NCBI GenBank assembly: GCA_039589315.1
Contig: JBDHHQ010000051.1
Location: 1 to 31,809 of the forward strand
Direction of reading: 5' to 3'
Length of the DNA stretch: 31,809 nt
From: Gemmatimonadota bacterium
GTDB taxonomy: Bacteria; Gemmatimonadota; Gemmatimonadetes; Longimicrobiales; Gaopeijiaceae
Shown here piece by piece: positions 18,215 through 27,448 of the stretch. The position numbers and the translations under genes are program-made. Within the stretch, counting starts at the first letter, position 1. Each line of letters starts with the position of its first letter. The notes under the pieces are model-generated. The model saw nothing but the letters and a program-made list of their open reading frames with translations. It did not search any database and was not told the DNA's origin.

Positions 18215-18405
18215 GCGCGCGACGACCGCGGCCCGCGCCACGGGCAGCGGAGATCGTGACCGGAGGCGACCACTGTCACGGCGGGGGGCGCCCCGGCTTC
18301 GCTACGATGCCCGCTCCAACGCTGGCGCAACGGGTGGGCGCGACCGTGCAGGGTGATGGAATACACCTGTTCGACGCGCAGGGCCACGCCCTGGCTCTCG
18401 CCTAG
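18211..18405 (+). pseudogene. Possible C-terminal remnant of a sugar ABC transporter ATPase (TOBE end)
   Basis: Ends in PAPTLAQRVGATVQGDGIHLFDAQGHALALA*, resembling the HLFD-x-x-G-x-x-L terminus of MalK/UgpC proteins; the N-terminal half looks non-coding. Confidence 0.4.
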
Positions 18406-20798
18406 CTCGTCGTCGGTACCTTCCGGGCCAACGGCCGATACATCAAGGCGTAGAACATCTCGAGATACCGGCGCGTCTCTTCCCGCTCGATGTTCGAGAT
18501 GTACTTCCAGAACCCGTAGATGCGCGACAGTTTGAGCAGTTTGGACGCGTAGAGCGGCCAGTTGTAGCGCTCCTCGACCCTCCGTATGGCGGCCTCGGAG
18601 ACCTGGGTCCATCGGTCAGGGTCCTTCTCAGCGGCACCGAGGAAATCGAGCATGATGGCCGAAGCTTCGTCGCCCCGGGTAGGATCGATGTGGAAGCCGC
18701 TGACTCCATCTTCGACGCTCTCCAGCGGTCCTCCGAACCGCGTGGCAAAGACGGGTAGCCCCGAGCTCATGGCCTCGACGACGGTCAAGCCGAACGCCTC
18801 GAACAACGCCGGCTGCACGAAGGCCCCGCGGTGGTCAGCGACGACGCGGTAGAGCTCACCGACCCGGTTCTTGTCGCCCTGCATCTCGATCCATCTGGCT
18901 GAGCCGTCCAGGTCGTACCGGTCGAAGAGGGCGTGCATGGCGTCGATCTGACGGCGTTCGTCGTCGTCCTCGGACAAGCCAGGGTCCAGGTATCCCCCTA
19001 CGAGCAGAAGGTTGGCCGCCTCTCGCAGGGCTTCGTTCTGACCGAACCACTCCACCAACCCTGCCATGTTCTTGATCCGATCGAGGCGAGACATGGCGAA
19101 CAGAAGCGGCTTGTCCCGTTCCGCGAACGCCCCCCGGTACGCCGCGTCAGGGTCGCCGAAGATGAGAGCCCCGATCTCGTCCGTCAGCTCCTGCATGCGC
19201 CGGTCCCGCCGCGAGTACGGGAAGAAGACCTCCGGATCGGCACCAGGGGAGACGATGTTGAACTTCGGATCGAAGCAATCGACTCCGGCCACGACACGGT
19301 ACAGATCCGGCATCGTGAAGGCGCTGTAGCTCTCGTACTGACCCACGCTTTCTTGCGTGCCCGCGATCTCCTGATAGGTGCTCGTGATGATGAAGTCAGC
19401 CGTATTCATGGCGATCAAATCGGCCGTGAATTGACAGGAGAAGTGGTGCTTGTCCTCGTGGTCCTTCCAGTGCAGGTCGGACAGCAGGTATTTGGTCTTC
19501 TCGAGCGCGTGGGCGATGTTGCACTGGGTCACCCCGAGACGGTGCGCCATGATGCTGGCCACCAGATTCCCGTCCGAGTAGTTGCCGATGATGAAGTCGG
19601 GGCGCGTGCCCAGCTCTGCGAGCACTTCCCTCTCGGCTTCAACTGCGTAGCGCTCGAGGTAGGGCCAGACCTCGAAGCGAGAGGTCCAGGTGGGAACGAC
19701 CTCGCCCGTCCTGTCCCGGAACGGAACGCGCAGGATGCGGCTGTTCTCGGTCCCGATGATCGGCTCGAGTCGGATGTCGCAGGTGGTGTCGCCGCTTTCC
19801 GGGATGAGGCGGGTGAGGACGACGATCTGGGGCTCGATCTCGAGGCCTTGTTCCCGAATCGAGTCCCGCATCGCCTTCTCCAGGGCGCGCACCTGATCCA
19901 GGATGTAGACGACCTGACCTCCCGTGTCCGGCTTGCCCAGGACGTTGGACTGACCGAAGTACCCATGGGGCGACACGATGACGATGGAGAAGATCATCGG
20001 GATCCGTGCCAGGAAGCGCTCCAGCTTCTCCGGGGACGGCACCTCCAGGATATCTGCCAGGAGCTCCATGGTCTCCGCGATGAGCTCGGGCGTGTTCCCC
20101 CAGCCCGCCTCGAAGCCCAGTCGCCGCAAGGCCCACGTCCGCGCGGCGTCGTCCTCTCCGAGCTTCCCCGACCTCAGGAGACGCATGGCGTCACGCAACG
20201 CCGGCCGAAGCGCCTCGACGTCCTCGATGCCGCCGTTGAGCATGAGGGTATGACCCCTGATCTCGTGCAGGCGCAAGAAATCGAAAAGGCGCTGCGGCCC
20301 TTCCCCGCCCCGGCGGCTGAAGATTCGACCGGACAGGTAGCGATTCAGGAACTCCACACCGCGACCGATGGAGCGGGGTTGGGTCAGCTTGGGGAAACCG
20401 CGCTCGAACGGGGTCAAGTCCACCTCGAGGAGGTATCGCTCCGTTGCCGGCCGATCCGCCACCGCACCCTCCTTGATGGCCAGGTACTCGGCCACCGACA
20501 TCTCCCTGCACTGCATCTCCTCGAGGTGGATCTGGACGTAGACCCAGTCCGCCACACCCCGGCGAGCTGCCAGGTGAACGAACGGCGGTCGCACGACCGC
20601 CTCCTGAACCCGACGTACCCACCGGGGCAACGCCGTGGTGGCCAGCGCCTTGCCGGCGTCGGTCTCCCCGAACCGGTCGAGCTCGGCGGTGACTTCGGAC
20701 CAGAGCAGAAACCGTTTGCCGAGCGCTGTCAGGTGCCGCATCAGCAGATAGGTGGGCTCCCGGTGGGAGCGGAAAAGCCCATTCAGCTCATCGACCAT
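18402..20798 (-). CDS. sus: Sucrose synthase (GT4)
   Basis: 798 aa from MVDEL; SIGRGVEFLNRYLS, SPHGYFGQSNVLGKPDTGGQVVYILDQVRALE, GNYSDGNLVAS, HALEKTKY, FVQPALFEAFGLTVVEAM. Confidence 0.97.
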   Translation of the reverse strand: MVDELNGLFRSHREPTYLLMRHLTALGKRFLLWSEVTAELDRFGETDAGKALATTALPRWVRRVQEAVVRPPFVHLAARRGVADWVYVQIHLEEMQCREMSVAEYLAIKEGAVADRPATERYLLEVDLTPFERGFPKLTQPRSIGRGVEFLNRYLSGRIFSRRGGEGPQRLFDFLRLHEIRGHTLMLNGGIEDVEALRPALRDAMRLLRSGKLGEDDAARTWALRRLGFEAGWGNTPELIAETMELLADILEVPSPEKLERFLARIPMIFSIVIVSPHGYFGQSNVLGKPDTGGQVVYILDQVRALEKAMRDSIREQGLEIEPQIVVLTRLIPESGDTTCDIRLEPIIGTENSRILRVPFRDRTGEVVPTWTSRFEVWPYLERYAVEAEREVLAELGTRPDFIIGNYSDGNLVASIMAHRLGVTQCNIAHALEKTKYLLSDLHWKDHEDKHHFSCQFTADLIAMNTADFIITSTYQEIAGTQESVGQYESYSAFTMPDLYRVVAGVDCFDPKFNIVSPGADPEVFFPYSRRDRRMQELTDEIGALIFGDPDAAYRGAFAERDKPLLFAMSRLDRIKNMAGLVEWFGQNEALREAANLLLVGGYLDPGLSEDDDERRQIDAMHALFDRYDLDGSARWIEMQGDKNRVGELYRVVADHRGAFVQPALFEAFGLTVVEAMSSGLPVFATRFGGPLESVEDGVSGFHIDPTRGDEASAIMLDFLGAAEKDPDRWTQVSEAAIRRVEERYNWPLYASKLLKLSRIYGFWKYISNIEREETRRYLEMFYALMYRPLARKVPTTS

Positions 20799-23113
20799 GC
20801 CGCGTTCTCTTCGCTGTCGGGTGCAGTGTCGTCTCCTTCGCCCGGGAACTGGCCAGCTTCGTGGAGCCGGTTCCTCTTGTCTTCGACTTCCCCTCCGTCG
20901 TCCATGAGCCCAGGTCCCCGTCCACCCGACCCGTTCTCCCCGTCCTCTGGCACACGAATGTCTCCCAGGAAATCGTAGTGGTCGATTCCCTCGATCACGC
21001 CCCAGGCATGGGCACCCTCGGCGAAGAAGATCCGGGGGCGACCGCGCAGCTCCTCCAGCTCGCTCGTGTGGTTCCCCACCACCACACCGAGTGTGTCGCC
21101 GGAGAGCATGTCGGCGTCGTTGCCCGAGTCCCCAGCCACCAGCAGCCGTTCCGGCCGGATGTTCCATTTGTAGCAGAGGAAGCGAATGGCCAGGCCCGGG
21201 GACGCGCGGATGGGCATCACCTCGAGCGAGACGTCGTGGTCGATAAGCACCGTGGCCTGAACCCCGGCTTTTCGAAGACGGCGGCGCACCGTGACTACGT
21301 CGGGACCTTCCTCGGGATCGACGAGGTAGTTCAGCCGGAACCGTGTCTGGCGATGGGATGGCCCGGGACGGACCCCCGGTAGGCTCTCCAGAGCCTTCTG
21401 CACTCGGTCGGGCTGCCACCGGTATGCGATCTGGTGTTCCCACGACACGTCCCGGGTCCGACGCTTCGCACCGTAGTGAAGCTGAGTCCCAGACGCCGTG
21501 ATCAAGACGTCCGGCGAGGGCAACCCCTGTGCCTCCAGAACTTCCAGGGCGCGCTCCAGCGTGCGGCCCGTGGCAACGCCGAAGGCTACGTGGTCTCCCT
21601 CGGCGCGCATGCGTAATCGCAGAGCCTCGAGTGCGTCGTCGTCTCCGGTCAGGGTGTCGTCGACGTCCACCACGAGCATGCGGTCGATCTGCTCCAGCCG
21701 CCGAGTTCGGACCCGGGCCTTGCTGCCGGCATCCTGTCGCAGCAAGCGCCCGACGGTCTCGGCATACCGCGTCGCGTGGGAAGCCCACGAAAACGCGGCG
21801 TGGACCCGCTGCACGCCGGTCCTTGACCACGTCGACCACCGATCCGGATCCTCCAGCGCTCTGGCGATCGCTCGACCCATCGCCTCGGCATCCAGCGGAT
21901 CCACAAGGACCCCGTTCTCGCACTCTCCGATGATGTCGGCAGGCCCTCCGTCGTCAGTCGCCACGACGGGCAGGCCACTGGCCGCCGCCTCCAGCAAAGT
22001 CAGCCCGAACGGCTCCGTCAGCGCCGGGTTCACGAACACGCCTCTCGAACGAGCCGCCAGCCGGTACAGATCCGGCACGTCTGAGGGCCCGTGCTGCTTC
22101 GGATACGCCACGCTGCCGTAGAGGTCGTGGCGATCGATCAACCCGAGGATCTGGCCCAGCACACGCCGAGAGGCGGCGGGCAGGTCCTGGAGGTCGTCCC
22201 GGTTCCCGGGCACGAGCACGAGGTTGGCCCGGTCGCGGAGGCCCGCCGTCCGGGCGAACGCCTCGATCAACCCGCCGAAGTTCTTCCGCTCGTCCGGTCG
22301 GGCGATGGCGAGGACCATGGGCCGGTCCGGATACCGCAGGAATCGCTTCAGCTGGGCGGCCACGGGGGGCTCGGGCCAAGAGTCCGGCGCCGGTGAGAAC
22401 CTCGAGAGATCCACGCCCGGTGGAATCACGTGCATCCGTTCCGGGCGGTAATGATCGTAGAGCTGGTATTGCTCCTGCACCTCCTGACTGGTGCTGGCAA
22501 TGACGACGGCTGCCGTCTCCAAGGCCTGCTCCTCTGCCTCGATACGACGGGAGATGTGGAATCGCTCCTCGATGGTGTCGGGGTCTTGCCCGTCCGCCCG
22601 CAGACGCGCCCGCTTCACGCGGCCCAGAGAGTGTCCCGTGAACACGAACGGGACGCCGAGGATCTTCGAGAGCTGGGCACCTGCGTACCCGGCGTCGGCG
22701 TAGTGACCGTGGACCACGTCCGGGACCCGTCCCGTGCTGCGGATGTGCCGGGTGAGCTGATCCACCAGGCTGTCGACGTGGGGCCACAGAGATTCCTTGC
22801 GCAGGTATCGGCGCGGTCCGAACCGGATGCGCACGACCTGGGCCCCGGGGCAGATCTCCTCCTCCGGCTCTCCGTAGATTTCGTCGATCTTGCGATCCAA
22901 GATGCACCGCGTGACCAGCTGGACACGCGCTACCCTCGCGTGCTCGACCAGGGCCCTGGCCTGGTCCACGACGTACGAGACCTGTCCGCCGGTGTCGGGA
23001 TCACGCCCCAATTCGATCTCTCGCGCCCGTAGCAGCCCGTGGATGCTCAGGGACATCACCTCGAGACCCGTGCGGCGTTCGCGGTCCTTCCGGCGTTTCT
23101 TCTTCTCGCTCAT
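20783..23113 (-). CDS. sps: Sucrose-phosphate synthase (GT4 domain plus HAD-like domain)
   Basis: 776 aa from MSEKKK (ATGA overlap); SIHGLLRAREIELGRDPDTGGQVSYV, HGHYADAG, TGHSLGRVK, FVNPALTEPFGLTLLEAAA; C-terminal DVDDTL, ATGR, GDSGND. Confidence 0.95.
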   Translation of the reverse strand: MSEKKKRRKDRERRTGLEVMSLSIHGLLRAREIELGRDPDTGGQVSYVVDQARALVEHARVARVQLVTRCILDRKIDEIYGEPEEEICPGAQVVRIRFGPRRYLRKESLWPHVDSLVDQLTRHIRSTGRVPDVVHGHYADAGYAGAQLSKILGVPFVFTGHSLGRVKRARLRADGQDPDTIEERFHISRRIEAEEQALETAAVVIASTSQEVQEQYQLYDHYRPERMHVIPPGVDLSRFSPAPDSWPEPPVAAQLKRFLRYPDRPMVLAIARPDERKNFGGLIEAFARTAGLRDRANLVLVPGNRDDLQDLPAASRRVLGQILGLIDRHDLYGSVAYPKQHGPSDVPDLYRLAARSRGVFVNPALTEPFGLTLLEAAASGLPVVATDDGGPADIIGECENGVLVDPLDAEAMGRAIARALEDPDRWSTWSRTGVQRVHAAFSWASHATRYAETVGRLLRQDAGSKARVRTRRLEQIDRMLVVDVDDTLTGDDDALEALRLRMRAEGDHVAFGVATGRTLERALEVLEAQGLPSPDVLITASGTQLHYGAKRRTRDVSWEHQIAYRWQPDRVQKALESLPGVRPGPSHRQTRFRLNYLVDPEEGPDVVTVRRRLRKAGVQATVLIDHDVSLEVMPIRASPGLAIRFLCYKWNIRPERLLVAGDSGNDADMLSGDTLGVVVGNHTSELEELRGRPRIFFAEGAHAWGVIEGIDHYDFLGDIRVPEDGENGSGGRGPGLMDDGGEVEDKRNRLHEAGQFPGEGDDTAPDSEENAAWSMS

Positions 23114-24036
23114 GCCTTTCGCCACCGCGTCCGATGTCGGTGGTACACAGAGCGATCCTCTGTCGTTGCGCCCCGGATGCGACAGAGCTCGGCCGCGAAG
23201 GAGTTGCCCCGGTCCAGCAGCGCCTCCGGGCTCCACCGGCGCAGGATCCCCACGCAGGCCACGGCGCTGAAGCCGTCGCCTGCGCCGACGCTGTCGACCA
23301 TCTCCGTACGTGGGATCGGGGCTGCTTCCGCCTGGTACACCCGACCGTCGATCACGGCGAGCGCTCCCTCGGCGCCGAGGGTCACGATCACCCCCTCGAG
23401 GCCGTGTTCGTCAGCGAGCGCCGACGCCCCTTCGACGCACGTGTCCCGGTCGTCAACCGGCCCTCCCGAGACCGTGGACAGCTCGTTCCGGTTCAGCTTG
23501 AGCCAGGTGGCGGTCGCCAGCGACCAGCGCAGGCGATCCGGGGTCCACCATGGACTGCGGAGGTTCAGGTCAACGAACGTGGGCCCTCCGGTCGCCTCCA
23601 GGACGCCTCGGGCCGCGTCCCACGACCGATCGGCCCGTAGGGCCAGCGTGCCGTGATAGACGAGCGAGGTCGGCCTGACGCTCAAGGCCGAGACGGCCGC
23701 TGCCCGGTCGATGTAGTCGTAGGCCTGCTCGGCCCCGATCTCGAAGGTGGGCTCGCCGCCAACCAGGGCTGCCATGACGTGCCCGGTTGGGTGTGTTGGA
23801 TCCACCTGTACTCCCTCGGTAGACATGCCCCACTGGGTCATGCTCTCGACCGCCTCTCGCCCGGTCTGATCCGCCCCCACGGCGGTCACCACGAGAGGGT
23901 CGAGTCCGAGCCCCTGGAGGTGCCAAGCCACGTTGAACGGCGCCCCTCCGAGCACCCTCGATCCGTCGGGGAAGTGATCGAACAGGACCTCGCCGAAGAC
24001 CAATGGGGTCGAATGCGGGGCGTTCTCAGGCGCCAT
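23110..24036 (-). CDS. PfkB family carbohydrate kinase (probable fructokinase)
   Basis: FGEVLFD, GGAPFNVA, DLNLR, KLNRNE, VTLGAEGA, VDSVGAGDGF; first gene of the sps-sus operon. Confidence 0.92.
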   Translation of the reverse strand: MAPENAPHSTPLVFGEVLFDHFPDGSRVLGGAPFNVAWHLQGLGLDPLVVTAVGADQTGREAVESMTQWGMSTEGVQVDPTHPTGHVMAALVGGEPTFEIGAEQAYDYIDRAAAVSALSVRPTSLVYHGTLALRADRSWDAARGVLEATGGPTFVDLNLRSPWWTPDRLRWSLATATWLKLNRNELSTVSGGPVDDRDTCVEGASALADEHGLEGVIVTLGAEGALAVIDGRVYQAEAAPIPRTEMVDSVGAGDGFSAVACVGILRRWSPEALLDRGNSFAAELCRIRGATTEDRSVYHRHRTRWRKA

Positions 24037-24213
24037 ATCGAAACGGTTTCATTGCGTTGCCCCGGTAGCTTGCGGTCAGGCTCCTTCCGGAACAGGGTAA
24101 CGACGAGGTTGCGTGCGGCGCGAGGACGCCCAGCTTGTCGCCGACCAAAGCTGACGATTCAGAGCGCAAGCCCACATTCATTCGATCTCGAGTCCTGAAC
24201 TCGTTGGAACGTC

Positions 24214-25014
24214 GTGTACCCCGACCACCACCTCTTGGCATCCGACCTCGACGGGACCCTCATACCGCCCTCCCTGAGGGAAGGGAACGGTGGCATCGAG
24301 GCGTTCGCTCAGGCGGTGGACGGACGGCCCGACCTGCTTCTCGCCTACGTCACGGGACGCCACAAGGCTCTGGCCCTCCGCGGCATCGGTGGATTTGGGC
24401 TGCCGGTGCCCCATGTCCTCGTCTGCGATGTCGGAACCTCCGTTTTTCACCGGAGCGACGCGGAGTACGAACCCGATCCGGCCTACCAGGAGCTCATGGC
24501 GGCCAGGCTGGGCGGGGCGGACCGCCGTGAGCTCCAGCGGCGCCTGGCGCATCCGAGGCTGCGCCTCCAGGAAGATGAGAAGCAAGCCCAGTACAAGCTC
24601 AGCTACTACACACCCGGCGGCGCGGAAGGCGAGGCGCTGGCCCGTTGGGCGGAGGCGCTGCTGGAGGACGCGGTCGGTGGCGCCAATGTCGTTTACAGCC
24701 AAGACCCGGAGACCGGTGAGGGCCTTCTGGACGTGCTGCCGCGAGGCGTCGCGAAAGACGTCGCCGTCCGGTACCTGCACGACAAGCTCGGCGTGGACGA
24801 GGACCGACTCGTCTACGCGGGCGACTCGGGCAACGACCGGGCCGCCATGCTCACCGGATTCAATGTCGTCGTGGTGGCCAACGCATCCTCCACCCTCAAG
24901 GAGTCCATCTGGGAAGAAGCGGTGAACCTCGGCATCGACTCCCGGATCTACTTCGCCCTGGCCCCCTACGCGCACGGCGTACTGGAAGGCTGCCAGCACT
25001 TCGGGATCGTGTAG
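24214..25014 (+). CDS. spp: HAD-IIB phosphatase, probable sucrose-phosphate phosphatase
   Basis: SDLDGTL, VTGR, CDVGT, KLSYY, LDVLPRGVAK, AGDSGND; divergent from the sucrose operon. Confidence 0.85.
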   Translation: MYPDHHLLASDLDGTLIPPSLREGNGGIEAFAQAVDGRPDLLLAYVTGRHKALALRGIGGFGLPVPHVLVCDVGTSVFHRSDAEYEPDPAYQELMAARLGGADRRELQRRLAHPRLRLQEDEKQAQYKLSYYTPGGAEGEALARWAEALLEDAVGGANVVYSQDPETGEGLLDVLPRGVAKDVAVRYLHDKLGVDEDRLVYAGDSGNDRAAMLTGFNVVVVANASSTLKESIWEEAVNLGIDSRIYFALAPYAHGVLEGCQHFGIV

Positions 25015-25117
25015 GGCTTGCCGCCACCGTCCCGTTGTGGCAAAGCGCCGAACGAGACACATCGACAGGGTGGACCACGGCGCGATCGCGCTTCGGCGAC
25101 GGTCTCGAAGGCCCCCC

Positions 25118-25870
25118 TCAATCGCGCAGATCGGACCGGAGACGATCCGTGATCCGATCGGCGCAGTAGTCGCTGATGCGCTCGAGCGTGTGTGTGAGCT
25201 CCTCGATGGACATGTCCGCGAGTGCGGCCGCGGTGACGACGTCACGCGTCACGGAGTACTCGCCGTGGACCGATGGACTGATGGGGTCCCGCTCGTCGAC
25301 CCTGGCGCTCCAGATCTCCTGGCCTGACCAAGCATCCAGGAGAATCGCCTCCGCGTCGATGAACACGTGTGCCGCATCGTCCCACCGGCGCGCATCGATG
25401 CCGTAGTCGCGAACGACGACCTCGAGCACGTATTGAGCCTCGTCGGTGCTCCCGACCGGTCGGGCCCCCAAATAGCGGGCGCCCCGCTCCAGTGCGCGCT
25501 CCGCCACCCGGGTCTTCAGGTCGACGATGGACGCCGCGCTGTCCAGATTCTCTGCCACCTCATGGGCCGCTACGTCTCTGGCGATCTGGCCACCGGTCTC
25601 GAGTACCTGCCCCACCAGATCACCACCGTAGTCGGTGGAGTACCCGCTGGTCAGGACGGTCGGACGCTCCGGGACGTGGGGCACGATCGCGAGGGTTTCG
25701 CCGGCGAAGTGGTATTCGGCCAATCGGTGCTTGGGGCCACAACCGGTGAGCGCTAGCAGCGCAACCACGGTGGGGAGTCTCACCAGGTGCCTTACGCCAC
25801 GGTGCGCCCCGCGAAGAGTCCTCCGCTTCGGGGGTCGTCCGGTGATGCCGCTACCGGCTGCGGTGCTCAT
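25118..25870 (-). CDS. Hypothetical lipoprotein
   Basis: RBS GGAGGTG before ATG 25870; hydrophobic stretch ending in ALTGC; C-terminal LLDAWSGQEIWS typical of alpha/beta lipoproteins. Start uncertain. Confidence 0.72.
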   Translation of the reverse strand: MSTAAGSGITGRPPKRRTLRGAHRGVRHLVRLPTVVALLALTGCGPKHRLAEYHFAGETLAIVPHVPERPTVLTSGYSTDYGGDLVGQVLETGGQIARDVAAHEVAENLDSAASIVDLKTRVAERALERGARYLGARPVGSTDEAQYVLEVVVRDYGIDARRWDDAAHVFIDAEAILLDAWSGQEIWSARVDERDPISPSVHGEYSVTRDVVTAAALADMSIEELTHTLERISDYCADRITDRLRSDLRD

Positions 25871-26058
25871 GGTCACCTCCGTTCAGGCCCAACTCGCCTC
25901 GCCACGGGGCCGGCACGGCACCGTGGTCGATCCCCTCTCCCTTCAAGCTCTCCGAAGCCCAGCCCATGTCAGTCAGGATCCATCCGCGCCATCGCGTCCG
26001 AGGAAGCCCCTCGCAGACCGGTTCACCCGAGAGGCTCGTGAGCCTCGAAGCGCTCCAC

Positions 26059-26103
26059 TTCCTCTTCTCCCCTACAGACGCGCGCCGGCGATCCAGCTAG
26101 TCT
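26059..26103 (+). promoter_or_regulatory. Shared promoter element, copy 3
   Basis: TTCCTCTTCTCCCCTACAGACG (17/22 identical to copies 1 and 2); ACAGAC-N18-TAGTCT (26098-26103). Confidence 0.6.
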
Positions 26104-26208
26104 GAGGCATGGCGGCTGTTCTCGTTATCGGCCGCAATCGGCATCGTGCCGAAGCCACGGAAGGCGCGGCTCGACGCGATCGATCTCCTGAACCGACAGG
26201 GCGAGCCC

Positions 26209-26799
26209 ATGACCCATGAGGCCCCATTCCGGATCGTCCTGACCGTCGTCCTCGTCGTCCAGACGGCGATCAGCCTGCGCTACGTGAGGCGGGCTGGAGC
26301 GGACGCCACGATCGTCCGCAGACGCGCGGAAGGCGTCCCACTGACGGTCGCCATCGCAGTGTCCTACCTGGCCTACGGCGTCGCCTTCGTCGCCTACCTC
26401 GTGAATCCCGGTTGGATGGCCTGGTCTGTGGTTGCCGTAGCGCCGTGGCTTCGGTGGGCCGGAGTCGTCCCCTTGTCACTCGGTGGTTGCTGGATGATCT
26501 GGGCGCTTCATCACATAGGCGAGAACCTCACGGTCAGTATCGACACGAAGGAGGAGCACGCGCTGATCACGTCCGGGCCGTACCGATGGGTGCGGCACCC
26601 GCTATACACGGGGGGGATGGTCGAGTCCGTTGGCGTGTGTCTGGTGATGGCGAACTGGTTCGTCGCCATCAGCGCCGGCTTGTTCTGGTCGCTGTTGGCA
26701 ATGCGAACGCCGATGGAGGAGCGCAATCTCGTCGAGACGTTCGGGGACGAGTATCGCCAGTACATGGAAAGGGTGGGGCGATTCGTGCCGAAGGTGTAG
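26209..26799 (+). CDS. Isoprenylcysteine carboxyl methyltransferase / PEMT family membrane protein
   Basis: Several transmembrane helices; LITSGPYRWVRHPLY and EERNLVETFGDEYRQYM...RFVP. Confidence 0.9.
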   Translation: MTHEAPFRIVLTVVLVVQTAISLRYVRRAGADATIVRRRAEGVPLTVAIAVSYLAYGVAFVAYLVNPGWMAWSVVAVAPWLRWAGVVPLSLGGCWMIWALHHIGENLTVSIDTKEEHALITSGPYRWVRHPLYTGGMVESVGVCLVMANWFVAISAGLFWSLLAMRTPMEERNLVETFGDEYRQYMERVGRFVPKV

Positions 26800-27079
26800 A
26801 CCACCTCCCGGCGGTCAACGGTGAGCCACCACCTCCAGGCCGTCACCGGCCGTTTTCCGTGACGCTCGAGGTGACCAGCGGAAGCTCGCGCCGGAGGCTC
26901 GTTGCCGCCATCCACTGATCGTTCGCTCCATGAGGCGCCCGGGCCGGCGGAGCGACCGGTGATATGTGCCCGCAGAGTCCGCAGCTAGAGTGCCCTCGAT
27001 CTCTTGACGTCGGGGACGGCGCCTCCTACTACACGACACGCTCCCGGTATCCCCGCGAACAGCACTGGAGACGGCTCGA

Positions 27080-27439
27080 ATGGAAAGCCCCGACCTGCGA
27101 CAAGTCCTCCTCTTCCTCTCGAGAATCTCGCCAGACAGCAGCCTGAGGCTCATGCTGCAGCTCGCCCTCGCCTCGGAAGTGCCAGAGAGCACCCTGGAGG
27201 TCCTGGAGCAGAAGATCTCGGAAGGCATGTCCGTGGCCGACCTGTTGGAAAGGGACAACCTGTTGATGCGGCTCCTGGACGCAGACGGGAAGATCGACGT
27301 TCCCGAAGAGAACATGCTGTATGAGACCGTCGAGCAGATCGGCATCGCGGTCCCTGCGAACCGGAGCGGTGCCGAATACCTGCTCGATGACTTGACCAAG
27401 CGCATCATCCGGGAGATCTCGGAAGCATCCACGGCGTAG
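27080..27439 (+). CDS. Hypothetical acidic helical protein
   Basis: RBS GGAG; protein-like composition with GC-rich third positions; ends 9 nt before the amidase start. Confidence 0.7.
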   Translation: MESPDLRQVLLFLSRISPDSSLRLMLQLALASEVPESTLEVLEQKISEGMSVADLLERDNLLMRLLDADGKIDVPEENMLYETVEQIGIAVPANRSGAEYLLDDLTKRIIREISEASTA

Positions 27440-27448
27440 GAGCGCCGC

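Noticed and set aside
18402..21923. 1173-aa N-terminally extended sucrose synthase
   Set aside because: The extension overlaps sps in another frame and is low-complexity; the Met at 20798 gives the normal size of about 800 aa.
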